Positions 10,196-18,922 of a DNA stretch of 36,366 nucleotides are shown here, piece by piece. How positions within the stretch are numbered: position 1 is the first letter of the stretch; each line of letters opens with the position of its first letter. The notes under the pieces were generated by a model, which worked only from the letters and a program-made list of their open reading frames with translations, had not been told where the DNA came from and ran no database searches. Source of the stretch: an uncultured Methanosarcinales archaeon (lineage in GTDB: Archaea > Nanobdellota > Nanobdellia > Woesearchaeales > CAYSVS01); contig CAZPRK010000010.1 in assembly GCA_964589485.1 (NCBI GenBank), positions 1 through 36,366 of the forward strand. The letters run 5' to 3'. Position numbers and translations under genes: made by a program.

Positions 10196-10415
10196 GGCGG
10201 TGTAACTCAGCCTGGTTAGAGTGCCACTTTCAATTTTATATTGGGGGCAAGGCTCATAAGATTTGAGCTATGATCCTTCGGGAGATGAAGAACTCAAACT
10301 TTAACTGGGTCACGTGGAACTTAGGTTCAGTGAATCTAGGCACGAAAGTCGCGATTTCAAATAGTTGACGAAGACAAGTAATGAAAGCGTCAGCTTGAAT
10401 GTATCGCCACCGCCA
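10196..10415 (+). tRNA. tRNA with CAU anticodon (probably elongator Met; Ile2 not excluded) with four introns
   Basis: Exons 10196-10227, 10252-10258, 10312-10318, 10347-10361 and 10402-10415 join into a 75-nt cloverleaf with all stems fully paired: GGCGGTG TA ACTC AGCCTGGTTA GAGT G CCACG CTCATAA CGTGG AAGTC GCGAT TTCAAAT ATCGC CACCGCC A. Each junction lies in a BHB or BHB-like motif. Confidence 0.9.
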
Positions 10416-10507
10416 TCTTAATTTTATAAATATATCACTGGACACACTGGACAGGTACGCGTGAGATATATAAATGAGTTACTATATTCTATATATTAGG
10501 TGAGGGA

Positions 10508-11350
10508 ATGGAATCAGATAAAGCACTTGTTGTATTTGAAGATAAGAAAATAAGAAGAATTTGGCATAATGGTGAATGGTGGTTTTGTATAAATGATATA
10601 GTTACCATACTTATTGATACTGTTAATGCTTCTGATTATATTAAAAAGCTTAAAATTCGAGATGATGAGTTGAACAAAGGGTGGGGACAAATTGTCACCC
10701 CCCTTTCAATTGAAACATCTGGAGGTGTACAAAAGTTGAATTGTACTTCAACAAAAGGAGCTTTTAGGGTTATTCAATCTATTCCTTCTAAGAAAGCTGA
10801 GCCTTTTAAACAATGGTTAGCTGAAGTTGGTTATGAAAGAATTCAAGAAATAGAAAACCCTGAGCTTGCACAGGATAGAGCTAAAGCATATTATGAACAA
10901 AAAGGATATCCTAAAAGTTGGATTGATAAAAGACTTCGTGGAATTGCTGTTCGTCAAGACTTAACAGATGAATGGAAAAATAGAGGCGTAGAACATAAAA
11001 ATCAATTTTCGATACTTACAAACGAAATTTCTAAGGCAACATTTGGTTTAGATATAAAAGAACATAAAAAAGTCAAAGGTCTTGATCCTAAATTTAAAAA
11101 TAGAAATTTAAGAGATCATATGACTGACTTAGAACTTATTTTTAATATGCTTGGAGAAGCATCAACAACTGAAATTGCAAAGGAGAACGATTTTCAAGGC
11201 TTCAAAGAAAATAAAATTGCTGCAAAAGAAGGTGGGAAAATATCTGGAAATGCTAGAAAAAGCTTAGAGCAAAAAACAAAGAAACAAGTTGTAAGTTCAA
11301 ATAATTATCTCTATCTAAATAATAAAAAGATCAAACAACATAATCAATAG
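10508..11350 (+). CDS. Bro-N domain protein (phage antirepressor/DinD-like family)
   Basis: IRRIWHNGEWWF, RVIQSIPSKKAEPFKQWLA, NLRDHMTDLELIF. Confidence 0.85.
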   Translation: MESDKALVVFEDKKIRRIWHNGEWWFCINDIVTILIDTVNASDYIKKLKIRDDELNKGWGQIVTPLSIETSGGVQKLNCTSTKGAFRVIQSIPSKKAEPFKQWLAEVGYERIQEIENPELAQDRAKAYYEQKGYPKSWIDKRLRGIAVRQDLTDEWKNRGVEHKNQFSILTNEISKATFGLDIKEHKKVKGLDPKFKNRNLRDHMTDLELIFNMLGEASTTEIAKENDFQGFKENKIAAKEGGKISGNARKSLEQKTKKQVVSSNNYLYLNNKKIKQHNQ

Positions 11351-11900
11351 CTTTATCTACTAATTTACTCAATTCTTCAATCTTAGAATCTTTTAAAGAA
11401 GTTGCTCCATATAAGCTAAGTGTTTTAGTTTTTATTCCAAAAAATCCAAGAATATCTTTTGTAATATGTTTATTTGCTGTATCTCCTAAAAACCATGTTG
11501 CAACTCTAGGACTTCCTCTAGTATTAATCACGGAAGCTTTTCCTTTCAGTAATTTAATTGGTACTCCTGCTTTAAAGTTAAACGCAAACCCTGGTGTAAA
11601 AACTTTTTCAAAAAACCCTTTCAACATAGCAGGCATTGTACCCCACCATACAGGATAAATAAATATTAATTTTTCACTTTCTTTAATTTTTCTTTGTATT
11701 TCTAAGTTTAATTTTGATATTTCAAAAGGTTTTTTTGTGTATAACTCAGATTCATGTAAAATTGGATCATATTTCATTTTATATAAATCAAGAATTTCAA
11801 ATTCAATTCCTTTTTCTTGTAATTTTGAAACTGTTTGCTGTAAAATTAATGGACAATACCCTTCACTTCCAGGATGTGAATATACAATTAAAACTTTCAT
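11331..11900 (-). CDS. Flavodoxin-like NAD(P)H:quinone oxidoreductase (Flavodoxin_2 family)
   Basis: LIVYSHP, DLY, YPVWWGTMPAMLKGFFE, PGFAF. Confidence 0.9.
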   Translation of the reverse strand: MKVLIVYSHPGSEGYCPLILQQTVSKLQEKGIEFEILDLYKMKYDPILHESELYTKKPFEISKLNLEIQRKIKESEKLIFIYPVWWGTMPAMLKGFFEKVFTPGFAFNFKAGVPIKLLKGKASVINTRGSPRVATWFLGDTANKHITKDILGFFGIKTKTLSLYGATSLKDSKIEELSKLVDKAIDYVV

Positions 11901-11946
11901 ACTATTGAAAAATATATTAGTAGTATATAAGCATTTGTTTTGATAG

Positions 11947-12483
11947 TTATGGTAAAAAATCTTTAGGTTCTAATTTACTATTTCTAATATTTTCAAATTC
12001 TTTTCTAGCGTTTTCAACATCCTTGGTTATATACAATCCAGGTAATGAAAAAATGGAATCATAAATTGCTAAATGTCTTTCAGTACTTAAATCTCCAGTA
12101 GTTACAGAAATAGAATAGCTTTTTGGTCCAATCATCCAGCTTGATTTGAAAGACATACTAGTCCCAAATACTTCTCCGTATTGATAAGTAACTGTTTTAC
12201 TAGTTGCTGTTATATTAGCTTTTGGAGTTTTGATTTTTCTATAGGTATTTTCGTCTAAAATAGATTCCAAAGTAGATAATAATTCTTTAGTTTGTTCAAC
12301 GTTTGTTCCAATGTCAAAGCTATATGAAAATGAATAATAACTTTGTGTTTCAACTTGAAAATGGAAATCAAAAGAATTCATTAATATTTTATTAGTTTCT
12401 TGCTCCTGATTATTTTCTTGTTTTTCTTTAGATTTATTTTTATTATCTTTACGGAAGTATTTTTGAATTAATTCTTTTAGCAT
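11947..12483 (-). CDS. Hypothetical protein
   Basis: 178-aa ORF, no recognised motif. Confidence 0.65.
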   Translation of the reverse strand: MLKELIQKYFRKDNKNKSKEKQENNQEQETNKILMNSFDFHFQVETQSYYSFSYSFDIGTNVEQTKELLSTLESILDENTYRKIKTPKANITATSKTVTYQYGEVFGTSMSFKSSWMIGPKSYSISVTTGDLSTERHLAIYDSIFSLPGLYITKDVENARKEFENIRNSKLEPKDFLP

Positions 12484-12534
12484 TTTCTTAGTAAATTAGC
12501 AATAATTATAAATCTAACTCTAAAACTATAATTT

Positions 12535-13449
12535 GTGTCTTTCAAAAACTATATCTCAAACATAATCATATTTGGATTAACTTTACTTTTTGTAAGAACT
12601 TTTCCTTATTATGTTGATTATTTAAGAGAAGAAGTACAAAATACTTTACTTTATATTTATTTAGCATATTTAATTCTAGCTCCAATATTTTATTATTTTG
12701 TTAAAACTGAAACAAATAAATCAGTATTAATTATGCAGTATCTAAGAAAATTATTAACTTGGAACATTCATACGACAAAAGAAGAAAAAACAGCAATTCT
12801 TTTTTTGTTGGTAAAATTATTCTTTACACCGTTAATGTTACATTTTTTCTTTCAAAATTTTCATCATGTAAAATTTCTATTAAACCATTTTAATTGGTTT
12901 GGGTTTGCATTAACAACAGTTTTTATGATAGATACTTTTATTTTCGGGTTTGCTTACCTTGTTGAATTTAAATTTTTAAATAATATTGTAAAGTCAGTAG
13001 AACCAACTTTTTTAGGGTGGTTTGTAGCAATTATCTGTTATCCTCCTTTTAATTGGTTAATTGGAGACCATATAGAGTGGGGAGCAAATGATTATGCTAC
13101 TTTTGGAGTTTATACTAACTTTGTAAGAGTTTTAATTCTTTTTTTAATTTTAATATATTTATCTGCAACTTTTTCTTTAGGTGCAAAGGCATCTAATTTA
13201 ACAAATAGGGGTATAGTTACAAAATTTCCTTACTCAATAATAAGACATCCAGCATATGTTAGTAAAAATTTGATGTGGTGGATTACTTTACTTCCAGTAA
13301 TGACTTGGAAGTTTGCTATAGGAATGTTTTTTTGGAGTTTTATATATTATTTAAGGGCATATACTGAGGAAAGACATCTTAGTCAAGATCAAGATTACAT
13401 TATATACAAAGAAAAAGTAAAATATAAATTTATTCCTTATATATATTAA
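12535..13449 (+). CDS. Membrane methyltransferase, ICMT/PEMT-like family
   Basis: Multiple TM segments; GIVTKFPYSIIRHPAY and RAYTEERHL..Y..Y..KVKYKFIP. Confidence 0.8.
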   Translation: MSFKNYISNIIIFGLTLLFVRTFPYYVDYLREEVQNTLLYIYLAYLILAPIFYYFVKTETNKSVLIMQYLRKLLTWNIHTTKEEKTAILFLLVKLFFTPLMLHFFFQNFHHVKFLLNHFNWFGFALTTVFMIDTFIFGFAYLVEFKFLNNIVKSVEPTFLGWFVAIICYPPFNWLIGDHIEWGANDYATFGVYTNFVRVLILFLILIYLSATFSLGAKASNLTNRGIVTKFPYSIIRHPAYVSKNLMWWITLLPVMTWKFAIGMFFWSFIYYLRAYTEERHLSQDQDYIIYKEKVKYKFIPYIY

Positions 13450-13537
13450 TTCAAAAAGTTTATATATGATAATTAATTTAATTCATATAAGAGAGGTGTA
13501 AACTTGAAAGATAAATTTACCCTAGTTACTAGGTGAA

Positions 13538-16500
13538 ATGATGAAAAAGGTATTGTTCACAGTATTTCTTTTCTTATCTATAATCTTTATTGTTAATGCA
13601 GATTTTGAAATTCAAGCTAATTTATTATGTACTACATGTGACACATGTAATTCTCAAATTGTAGCTGCAGATCCTGGCGATTATGTATTGCTTACTGCAA
13701 ATGTTGAAACTACGGTTAAGACTTGTATTAATATATCTAGAGGTGATATTCTTTTTTCTTGTTATGGTGGAACTGAAATAAAAGGAAATGGAAGTTATGC
13801 AATCTTGATAAATAGGTCTGTTCATAATGTTTCGAGATTAACCATTGACAGTTGTAGAATAAATGGTTGGGAAAAAGGTATATTTGCAAGGAATGTAGTT
13901 AATATTACTATGTCTAATTTATCTATAAGCAACACTTCAATTGAAGGAATACATTTGGTTTCTACTAAGAATATTACTATTGTTAGAAGTAACTTTACCC
14001 ATAACATTAATAATATAAGAGGAATCAATGTTACTAATGTACTTTTAGGTAATAATACTTTTTTGCATTCACAAGGTTTAATTATTAATAGAGGAAAAAC
14101 TCCGACAATCACTTATAGCGTTTTTAAAAATATTTCAACTTTAGCTTTGCGAATAGATAATTCAACAAATGTAACTATTAATTGGAATAATTTTACAAAT
14201 GTAAATAATAGTATAAATATAAAGAATAGTAGTAATGTTTCTGTTACAGATAATGTATTTAATAAATCAAAAAGTTTAATTTTCAACTTAACTAATAACT
14301 TTAATTTTAGTAGAAATACATTTCTTGGAAACTCTACTTCAGAGTTGCTTCATTTTGAACGAACTCATTACGGTGGAATAATAAAAAATACGTTCTACAA
14401 CCCATTAGGTAATAGGTTAGTTCACTTATTACACTCTAAAACTGAAGCTTTTAGTAATAATACTTTAATAAATGGAACTAATGCTGTGTATTTAGAAAAT
14501 ATGACTACTTTAAATTTTACTTATAATAATTTGACAAATTTTATTGGAGTGGGAGTTTCTATTCAACAATCTCCAGTTGGAAGATTTTCTTATAATCGTT
14601 TTTATAATGTAACAATTGGTTTGAAAATGCTTGATACTGACTCCGATACTAAAACTATCTTCAAAAATATTTTTAATATATCTACTACTGCAATAATTTT
14701 GAATAATTCTATTAATTTAGAAGTTCTAAATAATACTATTGATAATGCAACATATGGAATAAAAATGTTTAATGCAGAAACGCACATTATAGAAAATAAT
14801 ACAATAATAAATGTTCAAAATCCTTATTATAAAGAATTTAATTTGAGTAGTGTTAATTCCGATACAAATACAAATGTGACTAGTTTATTAAAGTTATATA
14901 GTGAATTTGGTATTATTAATTTTTTAAATACAGTTGATTATTCTAGTTTATTTGATTTTAGTAGTATTCTAGGAAGTAATAATATTTCTGCAAATACAAG
15001 TGCAAATCCAGGATTAAATTCATCAGCAGAAATTAATTTGTATGATGTTGATTATGTTAACGTTGGATTAGAATTTGAACAAGATGGAGAGTGGAATTAT
15101 TGTGATAATTCTAGATGTAATGTATTAAATTATTCAGATAATAATTTGTTATTTAATGTAACTCAATTTTCAGGTCTTAGAGCAAGAGGCGATAATATAG
15201 GTTTATCATCAGATGCAGATGCAGGAGATAGACGTGAAGATGAAGAAATTTTCTTTGAAAATAATTTCACTAATGTATCAAGAAGTACATATACTTCTGG
15301 TGTAACTTGTACTATTCAATTTAATTTAAGCGATGGATGGACAAATGCAACTAACATGAGTCTTGATGGAGCGTTTAAGTCAAGTTATGCTTTTACTGAT
15401 CCTGGAACTTACGTTTGGCTAGTTGTTTGTAACAATTCTGGTTCATTAATTAATTTTTCTAGTTCAATAAGTGTATTGGCTAGAGTTACTGTTGGAATAA
15501 CAACATCAAGTGGAGCTAGTAGAGTTTTTAGTTTTATTCCTACAGACGCTTCAGATATAGAAGCGTCAATAGAGGAAGGTAAAAATATCTTCATAAATTC
15601 TCCTGATTATGTTTCTTTAACGAATGAACATAGTCAACGAATAGCAGAGTCAATGAAAGATACTATTCCAGAAGATTGGGTTAATGTTGAAGTAAAAAAA
15701 ATAGATGATTCATCTGAAACTACAATTGCCACTATAGCCACTTTAGATGCAAGCGAAAAGTTTATTGTTGATAAAAAAGCAAAAGATACAATGGGTAGTT
15801 TAAGAGAAAATACTAGAAGAGCACAAATTGCAACAATACCCACAACAAATCATTTAACAACTTATACAGTTATTAATAAAGACACAGGTGAAACTGTAAA
15901 TAGATCTGCAATAAGTGTTGCTTTTTCAGCTGAATATAATATGTCAAACACTTCTATTATACAAATTATTCCTAAAAATATAGCTCTCTCAGCTTCTGAA
16001 TTAAAATTTATTGGAAAGCAACCAACAATATTACAAGATGATCCTATTGTTGAATGGACAGTAGATAACATGAGAAAAGGAGATTCTAAAGAATTTACTT
16101 ACATTGTAAAAAGAAAAGTAACTAAATTAGAAACTATTGTAATTGGAAGTGGAAAGTACGAAGATAGAGTAACTGGAGAAAACTTACCTTGTTCTAATAT
16201 TTCTAAAGGTAATTTGTCTAGACCAGTTACATCACTTAAAGCTGAAGTAAAAGATGAAGAAATTACTCCTGGGTATGAAGTTGCTATTCCTGCATTTAAT
16301 TTAAAATGTGATGGTGAAGATATTGACTTTACAGTAAGCGTTCCTTTAGAATATACTGATGTTAAAATTTTAAAATGTACAGATGAAGGTTGCCTTCCTA
16401 AAGAAAAGAAAACTGTAACTGAATTAAAATGTGGAAATAAAATTATTAGAGAAACTGTAATAGAAGAAGAGTTTGGTGGATTTGTTCCGATAAACATTTC

Positions 16501-17920
16501 TAATGTTACTATAAATTATGATGAATTCAAGCAAGCTTTTGAAAGTATGAAATTAATGGATTTTTATGATAATAAAGATGAATTTATTTTAGAAACTTCA
16601 GCAATACAACCACAAAATCCTAATTTGAAAATATTAGGTGCGCCTATTAAGATAAGGTTAGAAAATTTAGAAGAAACTTCAATTACTTTGCCTGTCATTA
16701 CTGCAATGGGTTTTGAAGATAACTCTCAAAATATTTATGTTAAAACTAATGACTTAGAATGGCAATATATTGGTGGAGAAATAAAAGATAACTTTATTAC
16801 CGCTACAATTCCAAAAGAATATTTTATTAATAATGAAATTGAAGTTGCAGTAATGGGTATTTTATGTTTAAATTGTATTGAAGCTGAGATGGAAATGGCT
16901 TATTCTCCTGATAAATCAAGTAAAGATGTTGTTGTTTTAGTTCATGGTTTAGCATCTTCTCCTGCAACTTATGAAGATATTTTAAAAGATATTAGGTTAA
17001 CTGAACAACCTTTTAATGTATTAACTTTTGCTTATCCAACTTCACATCCTATAAAGAAAAGTGCAGAAAAATTTGCAAGTTTATTGGAAGAACATGTTAA
17101 AAACTTTGATAATGTTTACATAGTTGCACATTCAATGGGAGGATTAGTTACTCAACAGGGTTTAAATTTAACTAGAGACAAAAAATATGTTCAAAAGATT
17201 AAGAAAGTTGTTTTAGTAGGAACGCCAAATGAAGGTGTCCCTGAAGTTGATTCTTTAGGTTTAATGTTTCAATTTTTAGTTAATTTAAAGACAGAAAATA
17301 AAATGTTTAATCTTAGAAGTGGAGTAGTTGAAGAACTTGCAAAAGGAATGATTACTCCAAGGTTAGATCATATTGATTATTATGTAATTGCTGGAGAAAA
17401 ACCTTTTAGATTTTCAAAAGCTTTGAATATAAATGAAACCAATGATGGTATAGTAACAGTTCCAAGTGCTCAACGTGTTGGTGATGGATATCTTACCAAT
17501 CAGTGTAAAGATTTCTGGGGTTTAAAGTTATCCCATAATGAATTAATTGATAATGTTGTTTCAAGAAAATTAATTGAAAGGATTGTAGCTGAAGAAATTT
17601 TAAAAGGAAATGATGATAACAGTTTATTAGGAAATACTCAATTTTTTGAGTTTAATGTTAACGATTGTTCTCCTGATGACAAATACGTTGTTATAGGTGT
17701 TAAATTAAATCAAAGTGAAATTTATGATCCAACTGGATGTAGTTGCGGTAATGGTGTTTGTGGTCAAGGAGAAGATGAAACAAGTTGTCCTTCAGATTGT
17801 GCTGTATTCGAGATAAGAACAAAATCAAATTTAAGTATATTGGGGCTAATATTAGTTTTTATTTCTTTAATTTACTTTCTTAGTCATAGAAAGAAATTAA
17901 AAAGAAAACGATCTAAATAA
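13538..17920 (+). CDS. Large membrane-anchored surface protein: parallel beta-helix repeats, alpha/beta-hydrolase domain, Cys-rich module, C-terminal TM
   Basis: Signal peptide; Asn-rich 'I.NN.F' repeats; VLVHGL, AHSMGG, GTPNEG, NDGIV; CGNGVC..GED..SCP.DC; hydrophobic tail followed by RKKLKRKRSK. Confidence 0.85.
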   Translation: MMKKVLFTVFLFLSIIFIVNADFEIQANLLCTTCDTCNSQIVAADPGDYVLLTANVETTVKTCINISRGDILFSCYGGTEIKGNGSYAILINRSVHNVSRLTIDSCRINGWEKGIFARNVVNITMSNLSISNTSIEGIHLVSTKNITIVRSNFTHNINNIRGINVTNVLLGNNTFLHSQGLIINRGKTPTITYSVFKNISTLALRIDNSTNVTINWNNFTNVNNSINIKNSSNVSVTDNVFNKSKSLIFNLTNNFNFSRNTFLGNSTSELLHFERTHYGGIIKNTFYNPLGNRLVHLLHSKTEAFSNNTLINGTNAVYLENMTTLNFTYNNLTNFIGVGVSIQQSPVGRFSYNRFYNVTIGLKMLDTDSDTKTIFKNIFNISTTAIILNNSINLEVLNNTIDNATYGIKMFNAETHIIENNTIINVQNPYYKEFNLSSVNSDTNTNVTSLLKLYSEFGIINFLNTVDYSSLFDFSSILGSNNISANTSANPGLNSSAEINLYDVDYVNVGLEFEQDGEWNYCDNSRCNVLNYSDNNLLFNVTQFSGLRARGDNIGLSSDADAGDRREDEEIFFENNFTNVSRSTYTSGVTCTIQFNLSDGWTNATNMSLDGAFKSSYAFTDPGTYVWLVVCNNSGSLINFSSSISVLARVTVGITTSSGASRVFSFIPTDASDIEASIEEGKNIFINSPDYVSLTNEHSQRIAESMKDTIPEDWVNVEVKKIDDSSETTIATIATLDASEKFIVDKKAKDTMGSLRENTRRAQIATIPTTNHLTTYTVINKDTGETVNRSAISVAFSAEYNMSNTSIIQIIPKNIALSASELKFIGKQPTILQDDPIVEWTVDNMRKGDSKEFTYIVKRKVTKLETIVIGSGKYEDRVTGENLPCSNISKGNLSRPVTSLKAEVKDEEITPGYEVAIPAFNLKCDGEDIDFTVSVPLEYTDVKILKCTDEGCLPKEKKTVTELKCGNKIIRETVIEEEFGGFVPINISNVTINYDEFKQAFESMKLMDFYDNKDEFILETSAIQPQNPNLKILGAPIKIRLENLEETSITLPVITAMGFEDNSQNIYVKTNDLEWQYIGGEIKDNFITATIPKEYFINNEIEVAVMGILCLNCIEAEMEMAYSPDKSSKDVVVLVHGLASSPATYEDILKDIRLTEQPFNVLTFAYPTSHPIKKSAEKFASLLEEHVKNFDNVYIVAHSMGGLVTQQGLNLTRDKKYVQKIKKVVLVGTPNEGVPEVDSLGLMFQFLVNLKTENKMFNLRSGVVEELAKGMITPRLDHIDYYVIAGEKPFRFSKALNINETNDGIVTVPSAQRVGDGYLTNQCKDFWGLKLSHNELIDNVVSRKLIERIVAEEILKGNDDNSLLGNTQFFEFNVNDCSPDDKYVVIGVKLNQSEIYDPTGCSCGNGVCGQGEDETSCPSDCAVFEIRTKSNLSILGLILVFISLIYFLSHRKKLKRKRSK

Positions 17921-18922
17921 TTTGATTAATTTTTCTACATCTTCTTTTTTATGCGCGAAGAAATTAGGAATTCTAAGTTGGTCTTTTTTATTTACTCCAT
18001 AACCTGTTCCAATAACAATTCCATTATTTTTCATGTAATTAATTATTTTTTCATTTTCAGTAGCTTCTAAAACTAATAAATATGGAGATCTTCTTTCTTT
18101 TAATAATAATGGAAATTTAGTTTGATTATCAAAGTAATTGTATAATGTTTTTGCATTTTCATCAATTTCTTTTCTAATATTATCTAACCCATATGCAAGA
18201 AATTCTTCACATATTTTATTTAGAATGTATATTGCCAAAACATTTGGAGTTTCTATTGTTTGGTAATCTAAATATTTTTTATATATTACTGAAAAACCAT
18301 GATATGGTCCAGTAATTATATTTTTTTCTTCTAATTCTTTAGCTCTTTGAAGACATTTATCATTGATAATTAAAACACTTAACCCTGCAGGCATACCAAA
18401 CCCCTTTTGAACTGAGAATAAACAAGCATCAACAAATGTAAAGTCTATTTCAACATAAGGTGCACTTGAGGTACAATCAACAGCTAGTAAAGTGTTTTTA
18501 TTTTCATAAACTTTTTTTAAATCTAATAATAATCCATTACTTGTTTCGTTATGTGTAACACAAATTAAATCACTTTCAGGCATGTTATCTAAGTTTGATA
18601 AGGCAATTGCTTCCTTCCCATAACCTTTACTAAAATTAAACCATTTTTTTCCAAATTCGCCTTCTACTAGATGTACACTTTTAGTTTCAACTAAACTTTG
18701 AATGACTCTTTCCATAGCTTCATTTGCACTACTTAGAAAGAATATGTGATATTCTTCAGGAATGTTCATTAATTTTTTTAATGAAAAAATTGTATTCTTC
18801 ATAATTTCTCTGAATTCATTTCCTCTATGAGAAGTTGAACCTATATTATTATCTAAAGCTTCATCTAAGTATTTTCTATAACTTGGCATAAGTTCTGATG
18901 GACCTGGCGTGAAAAATTTCAT
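17897..18922 (-). CDS. serC: Phosphoserine aminotransferase (class V PLP enzyme)
   Basis: FTPGP, SHRG, HNETSNG, DCTSS, SVQK, TPN; coupled to serA. Confidence 0.8.
   Translation of the reverse strand: MKFFTPGPSELMPSYRKYLDEALDNNIGSTSHRGNEFREIMKNTIFSLKKLMNIPEEYHIFFLSSANEAMERVIQSLVETKSVHLVEGEFGKKWFNFSKGYGKEAIALSNLDNMPESDLICVTHNETSNGLLLDLKKVYENKNTLLAVDCTSSAPYVEIDFTFVDACLFSVQKGFGMPAGLSVLIINDKCLQRAKELEEKNIITGPYHGFSVIYKKYLDYQTIETPNVLAIYILNKICEEFLAYGLDNIRKEIDENAKTLYNYFDNQTKFPLLLKERRSPYLLVLEATENEKIINYMKNNGIVIGTGYGVNKKDQLRIPNFFAHKKEDVEKLIKLFRSFSF

Noticed and set aside
10259..10311. Nested fifth intron inside the 37/38 intron
   Set aside because: AAG/CTT and TTTGAG/CTCAAA pairings do not give a 3-4-3 BHB geometry
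10196..10415. Reading the locus as tmRNA, split/permuted tRNA or a tRNA remnant
   Set aside because: All exons are colinear and four BHB excisions yield a complete cloverleaf
10254..10445. 63-aa minus-strand ORF
   Set aside because: Antisense to the intron-containing tRNA; spurious
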